From an uncultured delta proteobacterium (GTDB lineage Bacteria; Desulfobacterota; Desulfobaccia; Desulfobaccales; 0-14-0-80-60-11): DNA of 64,000 nt. The notes under the pieces are model-generated. The model had not been told where the DNA came from and did not search any database. It saw only the letters and a list, made by a program, of their open reading frames with translations. Position numbers and translations under genes: made by a program. Every line of letters starts with the position of its first letter. Position 1 is the stretch's first letter. Below, in pieces: positions 30,346 to 38,981 of this stretch. The stretch is from the NCBI GenBank assembly GCA_963812015.1, contig CAWETI010000002.1, positions 384,001 to 448,000 of the forward strand. The letters run 5' to 3'.

Positions 30346-30384
30346 TTAGGGATTCCCTAAGTGTATTTTAGGGGAATCCCTATA
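30346..30384. promoter_or_regulatory. Tandem palindromic boxes TTAGGGATTCCCTAA and TTAGGGGAATCCCTATA
   Basis: The first box is a perfect 7-1-7 palindrome; both lie upstream of regulator copy 3. Confidence 0.65.
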
Positions 30385-30496
30385 TTTTTATGCCCAGAGT
30401 GTTGTGCAAGCTGAGGGTGTTGGCCTGATGGCCGGAAAGTTGCCGCCTCGATCATATCCCGGCGCCACCAGGTCGACAGGTTGCCTTGGAGGCCGA

Positions 30497-30946
30497 ATGA
30501 CCATCAAGATTGTTTTGGCGGATAATCACCCCATCGTACGCCATGGCCTGTCCTTGCTCCTGGCCGGGGAACCTGATATGTGCGTGGTGGGTGAAGCAGA
30601 AGATGGCGGCGCCACCATAAAGCTCACCCAAGAACTTGCCCCGGACGTGGTGATCATGGATATTTCCATGCCCGACTTAAACGGGGTTGAAGCGACTCGC
30701 CAGATCTTGTCTCACTATCCCCAGGTCAAAGTAATCGCCCTGTCCATGCACTCCGATAGTCTTTTTGTCCTCAATATGCTCAACGCCGGAGCCTCAGGCT
30801 ACCTGCTGAAGGATTGCGCCCTGGAAGAACTGGTCAAGGCCATTCGGACGGTGGTAACCCGGAAAATCTATCTCAGCCACAGCTTATCTAACCTGCTGGT
30901 CGCGGATCTGGCCAATAAATTCTCTCTTGACAATTTTAAGCAATGA
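30497..30946 (+). CDS. Receiver-only paralogue of the NarL-type regulators (no HTH), copy 3
   Basis: ATG after GGAGG. Same REC sequence as copies 1 and 2, but it stops after IYLSHSLSNLLVADL, before the HTH. Confidence 0.8.
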   Translation: MTIKIVLADNHPIVRHGLSLLLAGEPDMCVVGEAEDGGATIKLTQELAPDVVIMDISMPDLNGVEATRQILSHYPQVKVIALSMHSDSLFVLNMLNAGASGYLLKDCALEELVKAIRTVVTRKIYLSHSLSNLLVADLANKFSLDNFKQ

Positions 30947-31101
30947 TGGCTTGAGGATCAGGCGCTCCGGGGGGCGCTGAACTCGACCGGACCCGTGCGG
31001 GCATAAGCCGGGCACGGCAAGGGGCTTGGGCCGGGGGCGCCTCGGCATCCAGCCAGGTGCGGTTGCCGGGGCGCCGGTGCCTTCGTCCCCCCCGGCCGAT
31101 C

Positions 31102-31815
31102 TCAGTAGCCCACCGGTAGCCGGAAGAGGATATCCGCCAGTTCCTCGGCGCATTGGAGGGGCTGCGCGGTTTCGCCATGCAGCTGCAAGCATTCGGACCA
31201 CAAGCCCGGCAAATCCCGGCCGGCCGGTTCCCAGTCCACGTCCAGGGGAAAAAGGGGATTTGCCTGGCTGGCCGCCTCCCAGGCGGCAAAGTCGGCGAAC
31301 CGGGGGTCCAGGCCCTGGGCCCGTTCGAAGGCGCTGTGGGCAATATCTTGGTTGAAACCGGTGCTCCAGAAGAACTCGATGAGGCCCGGCACCGACTCGG
31401 CCAGGGGCACACCTTCCAGCATCTCCGGGCGGTAGCGCAGGCAAACCCGTTGGCTGCCGTGGTGACCCGGCTCCCCCCGGACGTTGGGCAGGTTGGTATG
31501 GTACAGGGTATCTTCCAGCGAACTCAGGGCGCGGTTCCGGAAGAACATCTTCATTTCCTCGAAGCCGTCCCGGTAAAAGGTCAAGACATAGATGATGTAA
31601 GGGAAGGCCAGGCGGTGGGCCTGGTAATCGTTCGCCCCTTTTTTGCCGCCGCTGACCCGGAGAGTGCGGCATTGGGGGGGATGTTCCACCACCAGGTAAA
31701 GCAGGTCTTTCTTCCGGCAGAGCCAGCGGGTGCCCGGGGGTAAGAGCGGCAACGGCGGCGGCATGACTCGGGCCACGTAACGCAACACCGCGTCCAGGGG
31801 CGCCCGGCGGCTCAC
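31102..31815 (-). CDS. Prokaryotic E2 family D-like (PRTRC protein B-like) protein
   Basis: LAFPYIIY...LYHTNLPNV....RVCL...FFWSTGFNQD resembles the Prok-E2_D pattern. The frame extends 26 codons upstream to an ATA at 31893. Confidence 0.6.
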   Translation of the reverse strand: MSRRAPLDAVLRYVARVMPPPLPLLPPGTRWLCRKKDLLYLVVEHPPQCRTLRVSGGKKGANDYQAHRLAFPYIIYVLTFYRDGFEEMKMFFRNRALSSLEDTLYHTNLPNVRGEPGHHGSQRVCLRYRPEMLEGVPLAESVPGLIEFFWSTGFNQDIAHSAFERAQGLDPRFADFAAWEAASQANPLFPLDVDWEPAGRDLPGLWSECLQLHGETAQPLQCAEELADILFRLPVGY

Positions 31816-31962
31816 CCGCCCCGGCCCGGCCCCAGCCTCCTCCTGAAGGATTATCTCACTGCCCTCAATGACGATCTTGTCTCGGATGGCTATTTTTTTC
31901 CTTGCTTCTTGATTCCCCCCTTTTTCAAAGGGGGGGAAAAACCCGCTGCATTGTATGCAATA

Positions 31963-32166
31963 TTAGGCTTTTTTCCCTTTGCCGATGATCGCACAAATGA
32001 AGTTATAAAGCTGGTTTTCGAGGTCTTCCATTGTTTCCCAAACGATATGGTTATATTGACGCGTATCGAAGTGAACGTCTTTAAGGTCGTCCTTTCTCAC
32101 GCACCATATTACCGGCAATCCCAAACCAAGGGCATATCCTGCTTCAAAGTATACTCCGCGCCGCAA
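31963..32166 (-). pseudogene. C-terminal fragment of a nucleoside 2-deoxyribosyltransferase/TIR-like domain protein
   Basis: RGVYFEAGYALGLGLPVIW....VHFDTRQYNHIVW; N-terminus missing; AT-rich. Confidence 0.65.
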
Positions 32167-32249
32167 ATTGGCCTATAGGACAAATTTTTTCATTTAAATC
32201 TTCATTCATTTTTGTTTTGTACCTATCTCTTTTTCATAATTGATCCAGA

Positions 32250-34001
32250 TTAATCTTCCTCCCTCTCTTCCCCCGGTGCGGCCCAGGCCCAGACCCGGTC
32301 CGGCACAAAGCGCCGGGAGGAGCACTGGTTCAGGGCCAGCCGCTCCATGTGCCGCAGCACCTCCATCTGGTGGGGAGGCAGAAAGTCGTCAATCACCCGG
32401 TGGAAATCTGCCTGGCTGACTGCTTCCCGGCCCGCCAGGCGCGCCTCGCGGTAGGCCCGGAAGACCAGCTCCTCGATGTCCCCGCCGGTGATCAGCTCCG
32501 GGTGCCGAGCCTCCAAGTAGCGGGTGACGTCGGCAAAATCCGGAAAATCGCAGGCAATGTGGCTACGCTTCGCCACCACCGTGAAAATGTGACACTTTTC
32601 GGTGAAATCCGGCATGAAGAAGGGGATGCGTTCGCTGGAACGGCCTGAGCGCAGGTCCGCTTTGTCCAGGCGATCCGGGCGGTTGGTAATCCTGATCCAC
32701 AGGACCTTGCCCTGGATGGCGGGGTCGCCCATAAAGTCAAAACGCATCTGCCGGAGGCGGTTACCCACCCCCGTATCGCCGGAGTACTCATCCCGGCTGT
32801 GCTCGCTCTGGTCGGCTTCGTCTTCCAGGACCACCACGGGGGTGAGACTGCGGAGAGTGGCGAGGGCCTTAAAAAAATTGCGTTCGCTTTCTCCCACCCA
32901 CTTAGTCCGGGGATTGAGCAGCTTGACGAAATTAAAGCCCGCATCCCGGGCCAGGGCTTCCGCCAGGGCGGTTTTGCCCACTCCCGGGGGCCCCATCAGG
33001 GTGATGCCCCGGGGGACCAGTTTGTGGTCGCCGGCATGGATGGCCTGGGCAATCTGGCTGAAGTAGGCCTTGATGGGTTCCAACCCGCCGATTTCCTCGA
33101 GGCCGAAGCGGGGTTCGATGACTTCGATGAGCCCCACCAGTTCCTGGCGGAGCAGATCCTTCTTTTTGCGGCGGACCATCTCCGGGGTGAGGGGGGCGCG
33201 CCGGGACTGGCGCAAGAGGGCCTGCAGCACCCTCAGGCTGAGGCCGGCCGCCAGGTTGGCCAATCCCTGGGTGGTCAGTTCCAGGCGGTAGGCGCCGGAA
33301 GACAAGAGATATTCGATAAAATGGAGGCGGTCCGTCTGGTCCGGCGGCGGCACTTCGATGATTTGGGCCCCATGGCGGCTGAGCAGCAGATTGGGGTTCA
33401 ACTCGGCCAGATTGCCGGTGGTCAGGAAAATGAGATGGCCCTGCTCCACCAGTTCCCGCTGCCGGGCCCAGCGCAGCAAGGTCACCAGGGAGGCCCGGTC
33501 CGGCTCCCCCATGGAGCCCAGGTCCACCGCCGGCACGATGGTCTCGGCGTACTCCAGGATCAGGGCCAGGGGCTGGGTCAGGCCGCCCTGCTGGCACGGC
33601 GCGGTCATGACCCGCTCCGCCAGTTGGAGCACTTCCCGGGGACTTTGGGGCAGGGGTTTGGCAGAGGGCGGTTGCCCCAGGGCCCGCAAGGCCCGGGCCC
33701 GGACCCGGGAAACCTCTTCGGCGTCGTCCGCTTCCCGGGGGGGAGGCTCCTCGAGGGCCAGTCTGAAGGCATTTTCCCCCGGGGCGTCCCAGAACTCCAG
33801 CCCCAGGCCGAGATTATAGGAGACCACATGGTGGGTCTGGGCCAGCCATTGACCCAGAAAATGGCGAAACGGCAGGTAAGCCCCATTCACCCGGATATAA
33901 TCGAAGACCTGCCCATGGAGGATAAAGAGGGCCGATTCGCCTTCCTGAAGGTGCTCCGCCAATTCTTGGGCCCATTCCGGGAGGTTTTGCCAGGGCCCCA
34001 T
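32250..34001 (-). CDS. AAA+ ATPase (degenerate N-terminal plus intact C-terminal AAA module)
   Basis: GLEEIGGLE, Walker A GPPGVGKT, pore loop KWVGESERN, Walker B VVLEDE, TNRPDRLD..DLRSGR. Confidence 0.9.
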   Translation of the reverse strand: MGPWQNLPEWAQELAEHLQEGESALFILHGQVFDYIRVNGAYLPFRHFLGQWLAQTHHVVSYNLGLGLEFWDAPGENAFRLALEEPPPREADDAEEVSRVRARALRALGQPPSAKPLPQSPREVLQLAERVMTAPCQQGGLTQPLALILEYAETIVPAVDLGSMGEPDRASLVTLLRWARQRELVEQGHLIFLTTGNLAELNPNLLLSRHGAQIIEVPPPDQTDRLHFIEYLLSSGAYRLELTTQGLANLAAGLSLRVLQALLRQSRRAPLTPEMVRRKKKDLLRQELVGLIEVIEPRFGLEEIGGLEPIKAYFSQIAQAIHAGDHKLVPRGITLMGPPGVGKTALAEALARDAGFNFVKLLNPRTKWVGESERNFFKALATLRSLTPVVVLEDEADQSEHSRDEYSGDTGVGNRLRQMRFDFMGDPAIQGKVLWIRITNRPDRLDKADLRSGRSSERIPFFMPDFTEKCHIFTVVAKRSHIACDFPDFADVTRYLEARHPELITGGDIEELVFRAYREARLAGREAVSQADFHRVIDDFLPPHQMEVLRHMERLALNQCSSRRFVPDRVWAWAAPGEEREED

Positions 34002-34164
34002 AGATGCTCCTCGCTGGTTGAATGGCCTGGAGTGGGGGAGGAGAGCGATCGTTACCTGCTCAGGCCGCTGCTCCCGCCCCGTCGCATATTTTGGACACCT
34101 ACCGTCAAGGCCGGCTCGATTGCCTAGTGGGGATGGTAATTAAGGTGAATAGACTTAGGGCCTA

Positions 34165-34671
34165 TTACAGCAAGGGTTCGATCAATTTCATGAAAACGGC
34201 TTTTTTCCGGGTGCCCTCGATCCTTTGGGCGATGTTGCCCTGCTTGTCGATGATTACGGTGGTGGGCACGACCGCGATGCTCCCATAGGCATCGCTCACC
34301 TTGTCATTGCCGATGAGCACCGGGTATTGCAGGCCCAATTGTTTCACCAGGAACCGGATTTGGGTAGGGTCGGAGCTCAGGGCGATCCCGAAGGTTTGCA
34401 GGCCCTTGCCCTTGAGTTCGTCATTGATCTTGCTCAGGTCCGGCATCTCATCCCGACACGGACCGCAAAAAAAGGTGAAAAAGTTGAGCACGACCACCTT
34501 GCCTTTGAACTGGCTGAGGGAGTAATCTTTGCCCGTGAGCACGTCTTTTAGGGTAAAGTCAGGGGCAGATTTTTCGGCCCCCCAGCCTGGAGACGCCAAG
34601 GCCAGGACGCAGACGGCTACCAGCAGCATCCGAGCGGTGGTCCAGGAAATGCGAAATGACTTTTGAGCCAT
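34165..34671 (-). CDS. TlpA/ResA-like thiol-disulfide reductase
   Basis: Signal peptide, APDFTLK, LNFFTFFCGPC, VPTTVIIDKQG. Confidence 0.88.
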   Translation of the reverse strand: MAQKSFRISWTTARMLLVAVCVLALASPGWGAEKSAPDFTLKDVLTGKDYSLSQFKGKVVVLNFFTFFCGPCRDEMPDLSKINDELKGKGLQTFGIALSSDPTQIRFLVKQLGLQYPVLIGNDKVSDAYGSIAVVPTTVIIDKQGNIAQRIEGTRKKAVFMKLIEPLL

Positions 34672-34908
34672 TACAACCCTCCTTGCTCTGAGGATAAAGT
34701 GCCTCTTTTCTGCCTTAACCATATCAAAAAGGCCCCCAGCCTGCAATTTTTTACTCGGAGGAGAAAACCGGCGGCCTTCGCCCCTCTGGCCCTCAGAAAT
34801 GGCCTGCCCGAAATTTTCTCCGGGTTGACATCTCTTACCCGCAATCTTACCTATTTTCTATGAGTGAGCTCATAAATGTCTAAAAACACCAGGAAGGAGT
34901 CGAAGCTT

Positions 34909-35355
34909 ATGCGCAAGCACTGTAGGTTTTTGAGTCTGGTCATGGCAGGCATCTTGCTGTGCGCGGCGGCCGCGGCCCAGGCCGATGACAACCCCATCTA
35001 TCCCATCGGTGAAGTGACCATTGAAGCCAGGCAGGTGGCCGCCGGGGTGGGCTATAGTTGGGGTGACGGCGTGATGAAATTCCAGGGCAAAGAGTATCGT
35101 TTCACCGTCAAGGGCCTCAATGTCGCGGCAGTGGGGATTGCGAAGATCAACGCCGTCGGGGACGTCTACAATCTGAAAACGGCCGGGGATTTGGCCGGTA
35201 AATATGTGTCGGTGAGCGCCGGCCTGAGCCTGGCCAAGGGCGCCTCCGGCTTGAGCATGAGGAACAACCAAGGGGTGGTCATCAACCTGAGGGCGGCCCA
35301 GCAGGGGGTGCAACTGAATCTGGGGGTGGATGGCTTCGTCATCGAGATGAAATAG
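34909..35355 (+). CDS. Secreted protein, DUF1134/EipA-like
   Basis: Signal peptide; AAGVGYSWGDG.....G..Y.F...GL, VYNL....D.AG.Y, N..GVVI.L. Confidence 0.65.
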   Translation: MRKHCRFLSLVMAGILLCAAAAAQADDNPIYPIGEVTIEARQVAAGVGYSWGDGVMKFQGKEYRFTVKGLNVAAVGIAKINAVGDVYNLKTAGDLAGKYVSVSAGLSLAKGASGLSMRNNQGVVINLRAAQQGVQLNLGVDGFVIEMK

Positions 35356-35488
35356 GGCTCTCACCGATTACGGGCACACCCAATCTTGTCAGGCCAGGGG
35401 CTTGGCGGCGGGCGATGGAGAACATCGCCCGTTTTTTTTGCGCGGCCGCGAGGTTTTCTCTGGTCCGCTCCGGTTCAGCGGCATTGCC

Positions 35489-36379
35489 CTATCCTCCGGC
35501 CGCGCCCTCCGGCTTGTCCAGGGTGGGGCCGACGGCGATGCGCAAACCGGCGCCGGCCTGCTCCAGGAAACCCTCCTGAATCAGGGTGTGGATGAGCCCG
35601 GTGGTGCGAGCCGGGCTTTTCCCCAGGGTGTCCACCAGGGCCTCGACGGAGAGAGCTGGGGTTGCCAGGAGGGTTTTGAGGATCAGGCCCCGGATCTGGC
35701 GATCGGAATCGGCAAAGGGGGCCTGGCGTTGGTGGTGGGCACTCCTCCGGTTGGGGTTGGGGGCGGCGCGCTTGAGCATGGCCCCGTAATCCATCAGGGC
35801 ATAGTACCAGAGGCGCGGCTGCTCCCGGTCCAAGATCTGGTCCACCAGGGGCAGGATCTCCCGATCCTTCACCCCGGTGCGGCCGGGAAAGAAGCAGTGG
35901 AGGAAGACCCGGCGAATGTTGGTCTCGATGAACACCACCGGCTGGTTGAAGGCGAAGGCGGCCAGGGCCCCGGCGGTGGCCTCGCCAATCCCGGGAAAGG
36001 TGCGGAGGGTCGCAACCGCGGCGGGGAGGCGCCCGCCGAACTCCGCCACCACCCGTTGGGCGAGGCGCTGCAGGGCCAGGGCCCGGCGGTTGTAACCCAG
36101 CCCCTGCCACCTGCCCATGATCTCCCGCAGGGGGGCCCGGGCCAGGGACAGCAGGTCGGGGAAGGCCTTGATAAAGGGCTCATACTTGAGGGCGACGCGC
36201 TCCACCTGGGTCTGTTGCAGCATGATTTCGGAGACGAGGATGTGATAAGGGTCAGCCGTGTCCCGCCAGGGCATCCGGCGCCCCTGGTCATGAAAAAACC
36301 GGTATATGTGCCGGCGGAAGCGGCGGACGGCGGCGGGAGTGACCCGGCTCGCCTCGAAGGTCTCGGCAAAGGGCTCCAC
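35489..36379 (-). CDS. mutY: A/G-specific adenine glycosylase (short MutY-like HhH-GPD)
   Basis: MPWRDTADPYHILVSEIMLQQTQV, WQGLGYNRRA, PGIGEATA, ETNIRRV. Confidence 0.85.
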   Translation of the reverse strand: MEPFAETFEASRVTPAAVRRFRRHIYRFFHDQGRRMPWRDTADPYHILVSEIMLQQTQVERVALKYEPFIKAFPDLLSLARAPLREIMGRWQGLGYNRRALALQRLAQRVVAEFGGRLPAAVATLRTFPGIGEATAGALAAFAFNQPVVFIETNIRRVFLHCFFPGRTGVKDREILPLVDQILDREQPRLWYYALMDYGAMLKRAAPNPNRRSAHHQRQAPFADSDRQIRGLILKTLLATPALSVEALVDTLGKSPARTTGLIHTLIQEGFLEQAGAGLRIAVGPTLDKPEGAAGG

Positions 36380-36995
36380 GCTTAAGGTTCTCCGGTGAGG
36401 CTGGTTTTCGCAGGGGCCCGGCCCTGAAAGCGCAGTCGCTCATGAGCCTGGGGCTCACCCGTAAATCATGAAAAGCTGCTCAGGGCAGGGCCTGCCGTGC
36501 CCCCTCGTAACGTCGATCCCGGCGTAGGAGCACCGGGCGCGGTGCCCCCGGAAAATCGCCCGAGGAACTTTTCTTAACAGGGAACTCTCTTGCCAGATGA
36601 TACCTCAGTTCGGCCGGCGGCAAAAGGGCCGGCGGCGATTCAGCCCTTAAGGCGCTGTTTTCGCACCATTTCCCCGGCAGGGCGCTGAAGTCGCCAGGGC
36701 CAGGGCTTCCCAAGCCCGGCGGCATGGCGGCATGATCACCCGCTGGCAGGCTGTAACCGGCCAGCCGGAGGGAGATCGCTGGCCGGGGCATAGGCAACGA
36801 GCTTCAAGGGGGCCAGGCGCCATCTCATTTGGTTAAAAACTATTTTAATTATATTAATTATTTTTGTAACCTTCCGGGCCGCGGTGGCGACACTAAAGGT
36901 AAGGATGCTTGATACCCGCGCGCCATCCGTAACCCCGGTGATGCAAACCGGAACCTGCACGGATCAAGGATCATGACCTTCAGGGAGGAAACAGA

Positions 36996-37643
36996 ATGAG
37001 CATCAAGATTCTGATTGTCGATGATCACCAGATCACCAGAGAGGGCATTCGCAGCATGCTGGAACGAGAACCAGACATGAAAGTTTTGGGAGAGGCTGAG
37101 GATGGTCGCTCTGCCACGAGAATGGCAAGGGAATTAGGCCCGGACATCATAGTGATGGATGTATGTATGCCTGAGATGAACGGCATCTTGGCCACGAGCG
37201 TAATCATTGCCGAGTCCCCCAAGATAAAGGTGCTCGCCCTCTCTATGCTCGCAGATAGGCGATTTGTCTATAATATGTTGCGGGCTGGTGCGTCAGGGTA
37301 TCTGATCAAGGATTGTTCTTTCAAGGAGTTGGTCCGAGCCATTCGCGTGGTGATGGCAAATAGAACTTACCTCAGCCCTGGAATAATGGATGTGGTAGTG
37401 AAAGACTACGTGAAGCCTTCGGCCTATTCCGATTCGCCATCTTCCTCCAATTTAACTATCCGCGAAAGTGAAGTGTTGCAGATGGTCGCTGAAGGGCATT
37501 CTACCTCTCAAATTGCCAAGCGTCTGCATTTGAGCGTAAAGACCATAGAGACTCATCGGCAAAAACTTATCGCAAAAATAAATGCCAAAGGCATTGCCGG
37601 GCTCACCAAATATGCCATTCGGGAGGGATTGACTTCTGCATGA
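36996..37643 (+). CDS. NarL/FixJ-family response regulator
   Basis: IVDDH, MDVCMP, GASGYLIK, LTIRESEVL, SVKTIETHR. Confidence 0.93.
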   Translation: MSIKILIVDDHQITREGIRSMLEREPDMKVLGEAEDGRSATRMARELGPDIIVMDVCMPEMNGILATSVIIAESPKIKVLALSMLADRRFVYNMLRAGASGYLIKDCSFKELVRAIRVVMANRTYLSPGIMDVVVKDYVKPSAYSDSPSSSNLTIRESEVLQMVAEGHSTSQIAKRLHLSVKTIETHRQKLIAKINAKGIAGLTKYAIREGLTSA

Positions 37644-37776
37644 ATTAGTGCATTATGGTTGGGAAAAGATAGGGTTGGTTCGAAATCAGACTCTTTTTGG
37701 TAAGCGAGAGTATCCGGCCTTATTGTGGTCCGTCTTTTCCAAGTGGGGCCACAATCTTATTTTTTCCCCTGTCGAG

Positions 37777-38367
37777 ATGAACTTCACAGACAATGCTCCT
37801 GACGATGCCTTGGTTATCGATAATATCCTTAGGGGGAATATTAACTCCTTTGAAATTTTGATGGACAGATACCAAGACCATGTGTCTCGAATCGTCAGGA
37901 ACCATGTACCCAGGGATTACGCGCCGGAAGTGGCCCACGAAACCTTTGTCCAGGCCTACCAATCTTTAGGAGGTTTTAAAGAAACCGGTCCGTTTAAACA
38001 CTGGCTTTCCAAAATTGCCATAAGGTGTTGCCATGATTTCTGGCGTGGTTATTATCAAAAACAGGAGAACCGGGTGTGTCCCCTCCCCGATGATTGCCGA
38101 GACTGGGTTGACCATCTTCTATCGGATCAATCGGCGGAGCGGGACGCGGAGAGGGTGGAGGCCAGGGATCTGTTGGAGTGGGGCTTGGGTCAATTGTCGG
38201 CTTCGGAAAGAACGGTGCTGACCCTGACCCACCTGAATGAATACTCGGCGACCGAGGCGGCGGAACTTCTGGATTGGAGCGTCATCAGGATAAAGGTCCA
38301 ATCTTACCGGGCCCGGAAGAAGCTCCGGAAGATTCTTGGGAAAATTCTCCCCCAAGGGATAGCATGA
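37777..38367 (+). CDS. ECF-type RNA polymerase sigma factor
   Basis: FEILMDRYQ, EVAHETFVQAY, FKHWLSKIA, region 4 YSATEAAELL..IKVQSYRAR. Confidence 0.85.
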   Translation: MNFTDNAPDDALVIDNILRGNINSFEILMDRYQDHVSRIVRNHVPRDYAPEVAHETFVQAYQSLGGFKETGPFKHWLSKIAIRCCHDFWRGYYQKQENRVCPLPDDCRDWVDHLLSDQSAERDAERVEARDLLEWGLGQLSASERTVLTLTHLNEYSATEAAELLDWSVIRIKVQSYRARKKLRKILGKILPQGIA

Positions 38368-38981
38368 AGCCCTCCAAAAAACACCTGGATAAAATAGAAG
38401 AAGCGCTGATTGCGGTTTACCGTAAGCAGGAGGATCCCCAATTCCCTCCGGACTGGCGGCAACAGGTGATGCAGGATATCAGTTCGATGGCCGGGCCCAC
38501 GGCTTTTCCCCAAGAAAAGAAGATCAGGACCATGATCCCCAGGAGAATCGGGGTCCTTGCCGGGGTGGCCCTGGCCGCCATCGTGGGGTGGCTGATCCTG
38601 GCAAACCTGGACTGGTATGATCCCTGGATCACTTTGAAACCAGACCTGGCCGCTCTGGAATCCCACGGGGCGTTCTGGCTGGAAGCCGGAGATATAGATA
38701 GCGGGTTAAGGAGCGTCAAGGTGATCGTTGTCCAGAAGGAAGTGCGAGCGGAAGTGCTGTCCAAAGACCTTGAACCTCCAGGGGGGATTTGGGCCGGCAC
38801 AAGCCATGCGGTCAAAAAAGCAGATTTCCCTTTGGAGGTGGATGCCCAGGCCTTAGGACTGCACGAAGGGAAGGCCACCATCGTCGTTACGGTTCGTGAC
38901 TTATCCTGGAGAAACTGGTTTAAAGGACGGGCCACCACCCTGAAAAGGGAAATGGTTATTTATTATAAAAAATCCCCCTGA
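38364..38981 (+). CDS. Putative membrane anti-sigma factor
   Basis: ATGA overlap with the sigma factor; cytoplasmic N-terminus, one TM helix, periplasmic beta-rich domain (D.DSGLRSV...RDLSWRNWFKG). Confidence 0.6.
   Translation: MKPSKKHLDKIEEALIAVYRKQEDPQFPPDWRQQVMQDISSMAGPTAFPQEKKIRTMIPRRIGVLAGVALAAIVGWLILANLDWYDPWITLKPDLAALESHGAFWLEAGDIDSGLRSVKVIVVQKEVRAEVLSKDLEPPGGIWAGTSHAVKKADFPLEVDAQALGLHEGKATIVVTVRDLSWRNWFKGRATTLKREMVIYYKKSP

Noticed and set aside
30950..31100. ThiF/E1 remnant downstream of the E2-like gene (LAGCRG resembling GxGxxG)
   Set aside because: The similarity is too short and weak to support.
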